A stretch of DNA of 64,000 nucleotides from an uncultured bacterium (GTDB lineage: Bacteria > Bacteroidota > Bacteroidia > Sphingobacteriales > Sphingobacteriaceae): positions 11,636 to 75,635 of the forward strand of contig CAIKLP010000082.1 of the NCBI GenBank assembly GCA_903828245.1, given 5' to 3'. The notes under the pieces were generated by a model that saw only the letters and a program-made list of their open reading frames with translations, was not told the origin of the DNA and ran no database searches. Made by a program: the position numbers and the translations under genes. Shown in pieces: positions 37,473 through 48,200 of this stretch (position 1 is its first letter; each line of letters opens with the position of its first letter).

Positions 37473-37480
37473 CAAATTTA
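37473..37480 (-). promoter_or_regulatory. -7 box TAAATTTG upstream of tatC
   Basis: Exact TAnnTTTG match on the minus strand, 10 nt before ATG 37463 and just downstream of the accC terminator. Confidence 0.4.
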
Positions 37481-37516
37481 GGAAAGTATTTCAGATGAAC
37501 TCAATTAATTATCAAT

Positions 37517-37546
37517 AAAAAAAGCGAGCCTAAACTCGCTTTTTTT
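37517..37546 (-). terminator. Intrinsic (symmetric A7/T7) terminator immediately after accC
   Basis: AAAAAAA GCGAG (37524-37528) CCTAAA CTCGC (37535-37539) TTTTTTT. On the minus strand the hairpin is followed by a U-tract and starts 1 nt after the accC stop. Confidence 0.7.
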
Positions 37547-37547
37547 A

Positions 37548-38888
37548 TTATTCTGAAAAGTCGAAACTCTCTAAGAACTTGGTCGTAAAGTTGCCCGCTC
37601 TAAATTCGGGATCTTTTAATAATTTCAAGTGAAAAGGGATGGTTGTTTTTACGCCTTCTATCACGAATTCGCTCAAGGCTCTTTCCATAGTAGAAATAGC
37701 TTCTTCTCTAGTTTGCGCAACGGTAATCAGTTTTGCAATCATGGAGTCGTAATTTGAAGGTATCATATAGCCAGCGTAAACATGGGTGTCTACGCGCACT
37801 CCGTGACCTCCTGGGCTATGAAAGTTGGTAATCTTACCTGGTGAAGGTCTGAAATTATTCCATGGATCTTCTGCGTTAATTCTGCATTCAATCGCATGCA
37901 TAGCTGGCTCGTAGTTTTTGCCTGAAATAGCAATTCCTGCCGCTACTTTAATTTGTTCTTTAATTAAATCGAAATTAATTACCTCTTCGGTAACTGGGTG
38001 CTCTACTTGAATACGGGTATTCATTTCCATGAAATAGAAATTACGGTGTTTATCTACTAGAAATTCAACTGTTCCAGCACCTTCGTAATTTACTGCTTTC
38101 GCTCCCTTGATAGCTGCTTCACCCATTTTTTGACGCAATTCCGCGGTCATAAATGGGGAAGGAGATTCTTCTACTAATTTTTGATGACGTCTTTGAATAG
38201 AGCAATCTCTTTCTGATAAATGACAAACTTTTCCAAACTGGTCGCCGATCACTTGAATTTCGATGTGTCTTGGGTCTTCGATAAATTTTTCTAAATAAAT
38301 ACCGTCGTTTCCAAATGCCGCACCTGCTTCTTGTCTAGCCGAATCCCATGCGCCTTCAAATTCTTCGTCTTTCCAAACAATACGCATGCCTCTTCCGCCA
38401 CCACCTGCAGTTGCTTTTAGAATAATTGGATAGCCAATCTCGTTTGCAACGGTTATGCCTTGTTTTACATCTGTCAATAAACCAACAGAACCTGGAATGG
38501 TGGGTACGCCTGCAGCAATCATTGTATCTTTTGCAGAAGCTTTGTCGCCCATTCCATTAATTTGCTCTGGCGTAGCACCAATAAATTTAATACCATAATC
38601 ACGGCAAATTTGAGAGAATTTCGCGTTCTCTGAAAGAAAACCATAACCCGGATGAATAGCATCGGCATTGGTAATTTCGGCCGCAGAAATTAAATGCGGA
38701 ATACTTAAATAAGAATCTTTGCTCGGCGCAGGGCCAATACAAACGGCTTCATCGGCAAATCGAACATGTAAACTATCGCGGTCTGCAGTAGAATAAACAG
38801 CAACAGTTTTGATGCCCATTTCTTTACAGGTGCGAATAATTCGCAAGGCAATTTCGCCTCTATTTGCAATTAATATTTTTTTGAACAT
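37548..38888 (-). CDS. accC: Acetyl-CoA carboxylase, biotin carboxylase subunit
   Basis: [17 protein letters not shown] plus an ATP-grasp region GGGGRGMR. Full-length AccC-like. Confidence 0.97.
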   Translation of the reverse strand: MFKKILIANRGEIALRIIRTCKEMGIKTVAVYSTADRDSLHVRFADEAVCIGPAPSKDSYLSIPHLISAAEITNADAIHPGYGFLSENAKFSQICRDYGIKFIGATPEQINGMGDKASAKDTMIAAGVPTIPGSVGLLTDVKQGITVANEIGYPIILKATAGGGGRGMRIVWKDEEFEGAWDSARQEAGAAFGNDGIYLEKFIEDPRHIEIQVIGDQFGKVCHLSERDCSIQRRHQKLVEESPSPFMTAELRQKMGEAAIKGAKAVNYEGAGTVEFLVDKHRNFYFMEMNTRIQVEHPVTEEVINFDLIKEQIKVAAGIAISGKNYEPAMHAIECRINAEDPWNNFRPSPGKITNFHSPGGHGVRVDTHVYAGYMIPSNYDSMIAKLITVAQTREEAISTMERALSEFVIEGVKTTIPFHLKLLKDPEFRAGNFTTKFLESFDFSE

Positions 38889-38942
38889 GTTAGCTTTTGA
38901 ATTTTTAATAACGATTACAGTAAAATTTTCAATGTAAAAAAA

Positions 38943-39407
38943 TTACATTGGCTCTACTAAAAATAATGGTTGATCGTATTCAATTGGTGAAGCATTGTCA
39001 ATTAAAATTTTCACGATTTTACCCGAAACTTCTGATTCGATTTCGTTAAATAACTTCATTGCTTCAATTACGCAAAGCACATTTCCTGGTCCTATTTTAT
39101 CGCCAACATTTACAAACGATGGTTTGTCTGGTGATCCTGAACGATAAAATGTACCAATCATTGGCGATTTAATGGTAATTAAATTTGTGTTTTCGTTTGC
39201 TACTGGAGCCACTGGCGCAGGAGCCGCTGCCGCAACAGGTGCAAGAGCCGCTGCCATTGGCATAGGTGCTGCTTGCATGTTTACAACAGTAGGCGCATTA
39301 CCTTGCGCTTTAATTGTTATTTTAAAATCTTTTCTGTCAATAGACACTTCGCTTACACCAGATTTAGCTACAAATTTGATGAGCTCTTGTATTTCTTTAA
39401 TATCCAT
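38943..39407 (-). CDS. accB: Biotin carboxyl carrier protein
   Basis: Ala/Pro-rich linker and the biotinylation motif [12 protein letters not shown]. Confidence 0.95.
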   Translation of the reverse strand: MDIKEIQELIKFVAKSGVSEVSIDRKDFKITIKAQGNAPTVVNMQAAPMPMAAALAPVAAAAPAPVAPVANENTNLITIKSPMIGTFYRSGSPDKPSFVNVGDKIGPGNVLCVIEAMKLFNEIESEVSGKIVKILIDNASPIEYDQPLFLVEPM

Positions 39408-39436
39408 ATCGATTATTTTAAATTTATTATTAAAAA

Positions 39437-40435
39437 CTATTTAGTATCGTAGGCCCATTTAATATAAACAGCACCCCAAGTAAATCCTCCGCCAAAAGCA
39501 GCCAAAATAATATTGTCTCCTTTTTTTAATTGACTTTCCCATTCCCATAAACACAATGGAATAGTACCGTTAGTGGTATTACCATATCGGTGAATATTGA
39601 GCATTACTTTATCGCTACCGATGCCCATTCTGCTAGCAGTTGCATCGATGATTCTTTTATTTGCTTGATGTGGCACAAGCCATGCAATATCATCGGCAAC
39701 TAAATGGTTTTTCTCCATAATTTCTGCCGAAACTTCTGCCATGTTGGTAACCGCAAATTTATAAACAGATTGGCCTTCTTGGTAAACGTAATGTTCTTTA
39801 GCTTCTACGGTTTCATGTGATGCCGGTTTTGCAGACCCACCTGCTTTTTGATGAAGGTGTATCCTACCCGAACCGTCGCTTTTTAAAATTGAATCAATTA
39901 TTCCATTTTCATCTGTTGAAGGTTCTAATAAAACTGCACCAGCACCATCGCCAAAAATAATACAAGTAGTGCGGTCTTCGTAATTGATAATCGAGGACAT
40001 TTTATCGCCACCTACTACTACTATTTTTTTATAACTACCCGATTCAATAAATTTTGCAGCGGTGGTAAGTGCATAAATAAATCCAGAGCAAGCCGCATTA
40101 ATATCGAAACCAAAAGCGTTTTTAGCACCAATTTTATCGGTAATAATATTTGCAGTTGCTGGAAATTGCATATCTGGTGTGGTTGTCGCGCAAATTAATA
40201 AATCGATTTCGGATGCTTCGATTCCTTTTTTGGCAAGTAGACCAAGCACGGCTGCTGCGCCCATATCTGAGGTGCCTTTACCTTCCCCTTTTAAAATTCT
40301 TCTTTCTTGAATGCCAGTCCTAGATTGAATCCACTCGTCTGTGGTATCAACCATTACTTCTAATTCTTTATTCGTAAGAACATAGTCTGGAACATATCCA
40401 AATACTCCGGTAATAGCTGCGCGAGTTTTATTCAT
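39437..40435 (-). CDS. fabH: 3-oxoacyl-ACP synthase III
   Basis: Catalytic triad contexts [16 protein letters not shown] and YGNTTNGT. Confidence 0.95.
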   Translation of the reverse strand: MNKTRAAITGVFGYVPDYVLTNKELEVMVDTTDEWIQSRTGIQERRILKGEGKGTSDMGAAAVLGLLAKKGIEASEIDLLICATTTPDMQFPATANIITDKIGAKNAFGFDINAACSGFIYALTTAAKFIESGSYKKIVVVGGDKMSSIINYEDRTTCIIFGDGAGAVLLEPSTDENGIIDSILKSDGSGRIHLHQKAGGSAKPASHETVEAKEHYVYQEGQSVYKFAVTNMAEVSAEIMEKNHLVADDIAWLVPHQANKRIIDATASRMGIGSDKVMLNIHRYGNTTNGTIPLCLWEWESQLKKGDNIILAAFGGGFTWGAVYIKWAYDTK

Positions 40436-40440
40436 TTAGT

Positions 40441-41382
40441 TTATTCCTTGAATGCCGCTTTAATTTTTTCTGTCAAATTTGTACTCACCATTTCTTTAGC
40501 GAGCAATATCAAATTTTTAATTGCAATATCGTTTGAAATACCATGACCAACTACTACAGGCGCGTTAACACCAAGTACAGGACTGCCACCATAATTCTCG
40601 TAATTTAAACGAGCAAAAAATGGCGCATCCATTCCTTTTCCAGCAGTCATATCATGAAATGTTTCGGAGAGCTTTAATACAATGTTACCAGTAAATCCAT
40701 CGCAAACAATTACATCTGCTTTGTCGTTAAATAAATCACGGCCTTCGATATTTCCAATAAAATTAATATTTGCTGTTTCTTTTAAAAGCGGATAAGTTGC
40801 TTGTGTAAGTATGTTTCCTTTTTCGGCTTCTTCGCCAATATTTAGCAAACCTACTTTTGGATTTTTGATGCCGAATAAAATTTCGGCAACTAAAGAACCT
40901 AAAATTGCAAATTGCACTAAGAGTTCTGGTTTGCAATCGGCATTAGCGCCAACATCTAAGATTACCCCAAAGCCACCATTTTCTTTTGGTAAATAAGAGC
41001 AAATGGCAGGCCTGTTCATTCCTGGAATAGTTTTTACGCTAAACATAGAGCCCACTAACATGGCGCCAGAATTTCCAGCACTTGCAAAGGCATCAATGCT
41101 GCCCTCTTTTAGCATTTGGAAACCAATACTTAAACTTGAATTTGGTTTTTGAGAAAGTGCACGAGTGGGGTGTTCGCCCATTTCGATGACTTGATCTGCA
41201 TGAATAAAGTCGAACAAACTAGCGTCCACTCCGTTTTCGGAAAGTATGGATTTAGTCATTGGCTCATCGCCAATTAAGACAATTCTACAGTCGGATGGGA
41301 CTTCATTTAAAGCTAAAATTGCTCCCAAGGTTGTAGCCTTAGGAGCAAAATCTCCACCCATAATATCAATTCCTATTCTCAT
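40441..41382 (-). CDS. plsX: Phosphate acyltransferase PlsX
   Basis: MRIGIDIMGGDFAP N-terminus and full-length PlsX-like sequence. It sits in the rpmF-plsX-fabH order. Confidence 0.95.
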   Translation of the reverse strand: MRIGIDIMGGDFAPKATTLGAILALNEVPSDCRIVLIGDEPMTKSILSENGVDASLFDFIHADQVIEMGEHPTRALSQKPNSSLSIGFQMLKEGSIDAFASAGNSGAMLVGSMFSVKTIPGMNRPAICSYLPKENGGFGVILDVGANADCKPELLVQFAILGSLVAEILFGIKNPKVGLLNIGEEAEKGNILTQATYPLLKETANINFIGNIEGRDLFNDKADVIVCDGFTGNIVLKLSETFHDMTAGKGMDAPFFARLNYENYGGSPVLGVNAPVVVGHGISNDIAIKNLILLAKEMVSTNLTEKIKAAFKE

Positions 41383-41397
41383 TAGGAGTGATTAATA

Positions 41398-41586
41398 TTA
41401 GTTAGCAGCGTTTTCCACGATCATTTTGCCTTTGTAGTATAAGTTTCCTTCTACTTTATAGGCTCTATGAGGCATGTGTACTGTACCAGTAGTTTGACAA
41501 ACTACCAATGCAGGTGCTTCTGCTTTGTAATGTGTTCTTCTTTTGTCTCTTCTCGATTTCGAGATTTTGCGTTTTGGATGTGGCAT
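41398..41586 (-). CDS. rpmF: 50S ribosomal protein L32
   Basis: [21 protein letters not shown] is the canonical L32 N-terminus. Confidence 0.9.
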   Translation of the reverse strand: MPHPKRKISKSRRDKRRTHYKAEAPALVVCQTTGTVHMPHRAYKVEGNLYYKGKMIVENAAN

Positions 41587-41612
41587 TTTGCTACAAATTT
41601 AAAGGGTAATAA

Positions 41613-42158
41613 TTATTTTCCTGTTAATTTCTTTAACGCCTCCCATCTGGGGTCTATGTCCTCATTTGGTTGGTCTGTTGATTTTTCTGCGGACAATTTA
41701 TTAAGTATGGCAAGTGTTTCTTTATTACACCCTGCTTGGCCGTTTGGCAAATCTGCATGGATGTGCACAAATGGTACAGAAAGAATGATAAACTCATAAA
41801 TGTAGTTTGCTACATTTATTTGATGTTCGTGAATAGCCAAAACTACCACTTCGTCCGATTGCTCAAACGCTTCTTCCCCTAACTTAAAAATTAGTCTTTC
41901 TTCCGTTTCCATTGGGTAATCAAAATCGTCGGTACACCTATCGCAAGTTAAACTTACTGTGCCTTTTATTTTGAAATCGAGCACAAATAGTGCCTCTTGT
42001 TTATTAAACGTGAGGTTTACCTTTAATGCTCCCAATTTTACTGGCGAATAATCAAATTCGTCAAAGAACGATTTATCTATATTATATTCGAAATCATGTT
42101 TCCCTAGTTTTAGGCTTGTGAAAACAATAGAAAAAGGTTTTAACTTGTTCAATTTCAA
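41613..42158 (-). CDS. YceD/DUF177-family protein
   Basis: 181 aa with the CDRC...H.H Cys/His pattern of DUF177, in the conserved position upstream of rpmF. The TTG start is forced by an in-frame stop 2 codons upstream. Confidence 0.8.
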   Translation of the reverse strand: MKLNKLKPFSIVFTSLKLGKHDFEYNIDKSFFDEFDYSPVKLGALKVNLTFNKQEALFVLDFKIKGTVSLTCDRCTDDFDYPMETEERLIFKLGEEAFEQSDEVVVLAIHEHQINVANYIYEFIILSVPFVHIHADLPNGQAGCNKETLAILNKLSAEKSTDQPNEDIDPRWEALKKLTGK

Positions 42159-42173
42159 ATTTTAATTAGCCCG

Positions 42174-42181
42174 CAAATGTA
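42174..42181 (-). promoter_or_regulatory. -7 box TACATTTG upstream of yceD-rpmF-plsX-fabH-accBC
   Basis: Exact TAnnTTTG match on the minus strand, 16 nt before the TTG start at 42158. Confidence 0.4.
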
Positions 42182-42226
42182 TAAAAACTAATTGGATAAT
42201 GAAAGCGGATTGCCGCCATTTTTCAA

Positions 42227-43291
42227 TTATTCGCCCTTATCTTTCGTTAATCGGTGGATTTTTAACGGATTTTCGCTAATTTCTTGCTGAATTTTACGAT
42301 TTCTCACAATATCAATCGCTAAATAAAGCGCCTCTCTAAAAGAGCTTTCGTCGGCTAGGTTTTTGCCAGCAATATCGTATCCGGTTCCATGTGCTGGAGA
42401 GGTTCTTACAAATGGCAAGCCTGCCGTAAAATTTGTCCCGTTATCAAATGACAGGCTCTTAAAAGGAATCAAACCCTGATCGTGGTACATGGCTAATACC
42501 GCATCAAATTCTCTGTAGCTATGCTTCCCAAAAAAACCATCGGCTGGATAAGGTCCAAAAACAACTAGTTGATGATTGTTTGCTTTTTGAATGGCAGGAA
42601 TAATAACGGTTTCTTCTTCTTTGCCCAATGCACCATTATCTCCTGCATGCGGATTAAGACCCAAAACCGCTATTTTGGGTTTCCTGATCCCAAAATCTGA
42701 TTTTAAGCTATTGGCTAATAAGGTAATTTTATGATGAAGTTTTTCGATATGTAAATGCGAAGACACGTCTTTTAATGGAATATGCCCCGTAGCAACACCA
42801 ATTTTTAATTCTTTGCTGACCATTAACATCAACGAATCTTTTTGTTCTGTTTTAGATTGTAAATATTCTGTATGACCAGGAAATGCAAATCCCGCCTCTT
42901 GAATACTATGTTTATTAATGGGCAATGTTACCAAAGCGTCAATTTTACCAGCCTTTAAGTCCTCGGTTGCTTTTTCGAGGGCATCAAAGGCATATTTACC
43001 AGCAATGGCAGTGCCGGTGCCCATGTCAATTTTTCCTTCTTCGGCCCAAACATTAATTAAATTGGCTCTTTTAGCATTTGCTTGATGCGCTTCATTTATA
43101 ATATTGAAACTAAAATCTTGAATGCCTAAGAGTTTACGATGAAAAGAAGTGGCTTTAGAAGAGCCATAAACAATGGGTGTGCAAAGGTCAAAAACCCGGG
43201 CATCTAAAAAGGTTTTAAGCATAACCTCTATGCCTATGCCGTTAATATCACCAATACTTATACCTATTTTTATTTTATCTGAATCGTTCAT
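42227..43291 (-). CDS. pdxA: 4-hydroxythreonine-4-phosphate dehydrogenase
   Basis: GDINGIGIEV, GHTEYL, LNPHAGDNG and SPAHGT are PdxA hallmark segments. Confidence 0.92.
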   Translation of the reverse strand: MNDSDKIKIGISIGDINGIGIEVMLKTFLDARVFDLCTPIVYGSSKATSFHRKLLGIQDFSFNIINEAHQANAKRANLINVWAEEGKIDMGTGTAIAGKYAFDALEKATEDLKAGKIDALVTLPINKHSIQEAGFAFPGHTEYLQSKTEQKDSLMLMVSKELKIGVATGHIPLKDVSSHLHIEKLHHKITLLANSLKSDFGIRKPKIAVLGLNPHAGDNGALGKEEETVIIPAIQKANNHQLVVFGPYPADGFFGKHSYREFDAVLAMYHDQGLIPFKSLSFDNGTNFTAGLPFVRTSPAHGTGYDIAGKNLADESSFREALYLAIDIVRNRKIQQEISENPLKIHRLTKDKGE

Positions 43292-43390
43292 AATCTATAT
43301 TTTGAGGATGAATTTTGGAGCTCAATTTTAATTGATTTCCTAGTTCAGCGCAAATTAATTAAAATTGTCAGGATTAATAAAACCAATTTC

Positions 43391-44188
43391 ATGCAAGTTA
43401 GGGCAAAAAAGTTTTTAGGACAGCATTTTTTAACGGATAAAAACATTGCCCATAAAATTGTGAAGGCACTCCAAACCAAAGAAGGTATTGTGCTGAATGT
43501 ATTGGAAGTAGGCCCAGGTATGGGGGTTTTAACCGATTTTATGGTTACAGATCAATCCATATCTTTGAGTGTAATTGATATTGACAGAGAGTCGATTATT
43601 TACTTAGAAAAGAAATATCCTTTGTTAGGTGATCGAATTATTTCGGGCGATTTTTTAAACTTAGCTTTTGAGAAATTTGTGGAGCCGGGTAAAGATTTTG
43701 CCATCATTGGCAATTTCCCTTACAATATTTCTTCTCAGATTTTATTTAAAGTATTAGATAATAAAGAAAAAGTTAGCCAGGTTGTAGGCATGTTTCAAAA
43801 AGAAGTAGCAGAAAGAATTGTGGCTAAAGCAGGAACAAAAGCATACGGAATTTTAAGTGTGTTGATGCAAGCCGATTATGAAATTGAATATTTGTTTACT
43901 GTAAATCCGGGTGTTTTTAATCCGCCACCCAAAGTAAAATCTGCCGTAATTTCTGCTTTGCGAAATACCACAAATGTTTACGATGGTGCGAACGAAAATT
44001 TATTCAGAGAAATTGTAAAAGCTGCGTTTAACCAACGCAGAAAAACCTTAAGAAATTCCTTGCGAAAATATTTAACACCAGCCATTCAAGAAGAAAAAAT
44101 GTTTGATTTAAGGGCCGAAAGATTAAGTGTAAACGACTTTGTTTGGCTAACAAAATTAATTACAAAAGCAATTGATGAAAAAAAATAA
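43391..44188 (+). CDS. rsmA: 16S rRNA (adenine1518/1519-N6)-dimethyltransferase
   Basis: KKFLGQHFL, LEVGPGMGVLT and GNFPYNISS. Confidence 0.92.
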   Translation: MQVRAKKFLGQHFLTDKNIAHKIVKALQTKEGIVLNVLEVGPGMGVLTDFMVTDQSISLSVIDIDRESIIYLEKKYPLLGDRIISGDFLNLAFEKFVEPGKDFAIIGNFPYNISSQILFKVLDNKEKVSQVVGMFQKEVAERIVAKAGTKAYGILSVLMQADYEIEYLFTVNPGVFNPPPKVKSAVISALRNTTNVYDGANENLFREIVKAAFNQRRKTLRNSLRKYLTPAIQEEKMFDLRAERLSVNDFVWLTKLITKAIDEKK

Positions 44189-45134
44189 TGTTAAAATTTT
44201 AGTCACCGAAGATATTCATCAAATATTTTTTGATGTATTGGCTGCTGCTCAGATTTTAGTCGATGACCGATCAAATATTAGCAGCAGGGATGAGCTGAAA
44301 GCACTATTACCATTGTATGATGGAATATTAGTTCGGTCTAAATTTTTTGTTGATGAAGATTTAATTGCTGGCGCTAAAAATTTAAAATTGATTGCTAGGG
44401 CTGGTGCTGGAATGGATAATATTGACGAGGTTTATTGTCAATCAAATGGCATTACCTTAATAAATGCGCCCGAAGGAAATAGAGATGCCGTTGCCGAACA
44501 TGTTATTGGCATGTTGCTAAATCTATTACGCAATATTTCTAAATCAAATGCAGAAATTAAAAATGGAATTTGGTTAAGAGAAGAAAATAGGGGTATAGAA
44601 ATTGGCGGCAAAACAATCGGAATTATTGGTTATGGAAATACCGGGAAAGCACTTGCAAAAAAACTCAGCGGCTTTGGCGTAAGTTGTATTGCTTATGATA
44701 AATACCTTGTAAATTATTCCGATCAATTTGCCCAAGAAGTAAGCCTAAACGAATTACAAAACAGCGCAGATATTATTTCTATACATGTGCCCTTAACTGC
44801 TGAAACAAAATATTTAATTAATGATGCTTTTATAGCTAATCTAAAAAATGGCGTCGTGATTTTAAATGCCTCGCGTGGGCCTGTTTTGCAAACGGCTGCT
44901 TTGATTCAAAATATACAGAGCGGAAAAGTAGCCTATGCGGCACTAGATGTGCTTGAAAATGAGAAAATTGATGAATTAAATACGATTCAGCAATCGGAGT
45001 TTGATCAATTATGCAAAGAAAGTAAAGTCTTGTTAACCAGCCATATAGCAGGTTGGACGAAAGCATCCTATTATAAAATTGCACAGGTTTTAGCCCAAAA
45101 AACCATTCAGTATTTCAATAACCAAAGTAATTAG
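44175..45134 (+). CDS. D-isomer-specific 2-hydroxyacid dehydrogenase (PGDH-like)
   Basis: NAD fold GIIGYGNTGKALAKKL and catalytic region NASRGPV...SHIAGWT. I prefer ATG at 44175 over the TTG at 44172. Confidence 0.85.
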   Translation: MKKNNVKILVTEDIHQIFFDVLAAAQILVDDRSNISSRDELKALLPLYDGILVRSKFFVDEDLIAGAKNLKLIARAGAGMDNIDEVYCQSNGITLINAPEGNRDAVAEHVIGMLLNLLRNISKSNAEIKNGIWLREENRGIEIGGKTIGIIGYGNTGKALAKKLSGFGVSCIAYDKYLVNYSDQFAQEVSLNELQNSADIISIHVPLTAETKYLINDAFIANLKNGVVILNASRGPVLQTAALIQNIQSGKVAYAALDVLENEKIDELNTIQQSEFDQLCKESKVLLTSHIAGWTKASYYKIAQVLAQKTIQYFNNQSN

Positions 45135-45165
45135 TCAAAATTCAGCTAATCAGCTGATTTTTAAT

Positions 45166-45205
45166 ACCATTTGAAAGCCCCTTTCAAATGGTTGCATTTT
45201 ATTTG
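45166..45205 (+). terminator. Strong intrinsic terminator after the dehydrogenase gene
   Basis: Perfect 12-bp stem ACCATTTGAAAG (45166-45177) / loop CCC / CTTTCAAATGGT (45181-45192), followed by TGCATTTTATTTG. Confidence 0.8.
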
Positions 45206-45297
45206 TAACATTTCTCTTACTAAAATTTGCATTTTATCTATTATTAACATTATATTTATTTTTAATAAAAAAATCAATAAACCCTAAGATCAACATT

Positions 45298-48200
45298 ATG
45301 ATGAGAAAGTTTTACGCATTCTTAGTCTTGTTAACAATCACAATTGGTCAAGCGGCATTCGCGCAAAGCGGTGCAGGCGAGCTAAGAGGAAAGGTTGTAG
45401 ATTCTAAGACTAAAGAGGGAGTGCCGTTTGCAGGAGTTATCGTAGAGTTAAATGGAACTCAGGTTGCTGCGCAACAAACAGACTTTGATGGCAATTATGT
45501 TATCAAACCAATCTCTCCAGGTAAGTATGATGTCCGCGTGGAAATCATAGGTTACAGTAAAAGGATTATTAACGGAGTTATCATTAACTCTAACAGACAA
45601 ACTTATGTCAATCCCGATATTGCTGCCAGTGTAACTAATATTCAAACGGTAACCGTAACAGATTACGCGAAACCTTTGATTGAAAGAGATAACAACATTG
45701 CAGGAGGAACTTTAACCGCAGAAGAAATTATAAAACTTCCAACTAGAAACATTAACTCTTTAGTATCAACAACTGCAGGTGTTTACCAAGCAGACGAAGG
45801 AGATGGTTTAGTAGTAAAAGGTTCGAGAGATGATGCAAACGATTATTATATTGATGGTGTAAAAGTTAGGGGAATTGCAGGTGTACCTCAAGGTGCGATA
45901 GAGCAAATTTCAGTTATAACAGGTGGTGTACCTGCTCAATACGGTGACGCAACGGGTGGTATTATTACCATTACTACCAAAGGACCTTCAAGAAAATTAA
46001 ATGGTGGCGTAGAAGCGGCTACTTCTGAATTCTTAGATGGTTACGGATATAATTTAGTAAGTGGAAACGTGAGTGGTCCATTATTAGTTCATAATAGAGG
46101 ACAAGAAGGCGAAAGACCAACTTTAGGTTTCTTTATCTCGGGCGAATTAGAAAGCAAGAGAGATCAAAACCCTTCTTATGTGGGTGCTTGGAAAGCGAAT
46201 GACAGCTGGTTGAAAAATGTTCGTGAGAACCCAGCAATTTTTAATTTCACCCCAGGATCTGCCAATCCAATTGTGGCAGTACCAAATGGCAACTATACAC
46301 AAAACGGACAATTAGACAAATCAAAAGCGCAAGATGGAAACGAAATTCGTAACATCAATTTTAATGCAAGTTTAGATTTTCAACCAAGTTTAAATAACAC
46401 TTTCAAATTTGGTTTTTCTGGTACGAGTCGTTATCAAAAAGTTTATAACAGGTCTAACATGTTATTTAATTCTGATAACAACCAAGAATTTACTAGAAAT
46501 ACTTATCGTGTGTATGGTCGTTATACGCAGAAGTTCTCTAGCAATGGCGAAGACGAGAGCAAAAATTTATTGAAAAATGCATATTATACTATACAAGCAG
46601 ATTTTTCTAGAGATAAAAGTGTTCAACAAGATCCAAATCACAAAGATAATTTGTTTAACTATGGTCATATTGGTAAATATGAAACACTTCGTGAAAATAG
46701 ATACGGCGCAATTGTACCAACAGACACTATCTTAACTTCTAATGGAGATACCGTGCGTTTCCAAAGTGTTGGAACCGGAACTAACGCAGGCACAAGAGAC
46801 ACTTCATTTTTATTTAATGCAGGTTCTGCTAATCCATATTTAGCAAATTATGTTTCTTCCTTGTATTCATTTATCAATACCGAATTTGGAGAGGGTAATA
46901 TTAATAGTATAACTACTTTTCAGGGTTTAGGTGGTATTGTAAATGGTAACAGCGCACCAAGTATTTACGGTGGGTTATTTGCACAGCCAGGTGCGGTTGC
47001 AAATTTGTATGAAGAAAACTTAAGAGATCAATATAGAATTTCTGCAATGGCTTCTGCCGATATTAAAAATCACTCGATACAAGTTGGTTTAGAATATGAG
47101 CAAAGAATTGAAAGCAGATTTAGAATCAACCCAAGATCTTTATGGACTACTATGCGTCAACAATCAAATGGTTATTTGACTTTAGACAAGTCTGCTATGA
47201 CTGTTGATACCAATGGATATTCAATCATCAACTTAAACGCTGCGGGTGTTTCTGTTTCGGGTGATACGGTAACTTGGAGCAGAGCCAATGATTATACAAA
47301 CGCTTCGGATTTCGCTAAAGCAGCTAGAATAAAATTAGGCTTAAATGCTGGAGATTATTTAGATGTAGATGCTTACGATCCTTCTACTTTCTCATTAGGT
47401 ATGATTGGTGCAGAAACTTTATTAGATAACTTAAATCCTGCTGGAGTAAGTTATACTTATAGTGGGTATAGTTTTGATGGAAAGAGAAGTACAGAAAATA
47501 TTACGCTCAATGATTTCTTTGATGATCAGAATCCTGATAAACAATGGAGGGTTGGAGCGTTCAGACCAGTATATATTGCTGGTTATATTCAAGATAAATT
47601 TACCTATAAAGATATTATCTTCAGTTTAGGGGTGCGTATCGATCGTTTCGATGCCAACCAACAAGTCTTGAAAGACAGATACTCTTTGTTTGATACAAGA
47701 AAAGCAGGTGAAATTGCTAATCGTCCTACAAATATTTCTGAAGATGCCGTTGTTTACGTTAACGACAAACAATTTGGTGGCGTTAGAGGCTACAGAATGG
47801 GAGATGTTTTCTATGATGCTGCAGGTAATGTTGTTCAAGACGTAACTGCTATTAAGAGTTCACAAGACGGTAAAATTACGCCATGGTTAACATCAGAATC
47901 ATTTGATGAAAATGGTAATACAAAAGTAGGCAATTCGAGCTTTAAAGATTATGCACCTCAAACGCAAATCATGCCGCGTATTGCTTTCTCTTTCCCTATT
48001 TCGGACGAAGCAAATTTCTTTGCTAACTACGACATCTTAACACAACGTCCACGTTCAAACGTGTTTAGTAATCCAATCAATTACTATTTATATTCGTTGA
48101 GTAAACAAAGTGTCACTTTGGTGAGTCCGGACATTGCGCCAGAAAAAACCATCAACTACCAATTAGGTTTCAAACAAAAAATCGGAAACACTTCGGCTTT

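Noticed and set aside
39172-39444. 90-aa plus-strand ORF rich in Ala/Gly ([23 protein letters not shown])
   Set aside because: It is the antisense reading of the AccB Ala/Pro linker and overlaps two well-supported minus-strand genes. It has no independent signal.
42190-42226. Possible pdxA terminator (GCGG-CAAT-CCGC followed by TTTC on the minus strand)
   Set aside because: It has only a 4-bp stem and a weak U-tract, which is not convincing. Read-through into yceD-rpmF or Rho-dependent termination is equally possible.
45148-45159. 12-bp palindrome AATCAGCTGATT just after the dehydrogenase stop
   Set aside because: It is short, sits next to a strong terminator, and has no second copy or other supporting signal in the window. 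It is plausibly chance in AT-rich DNA.
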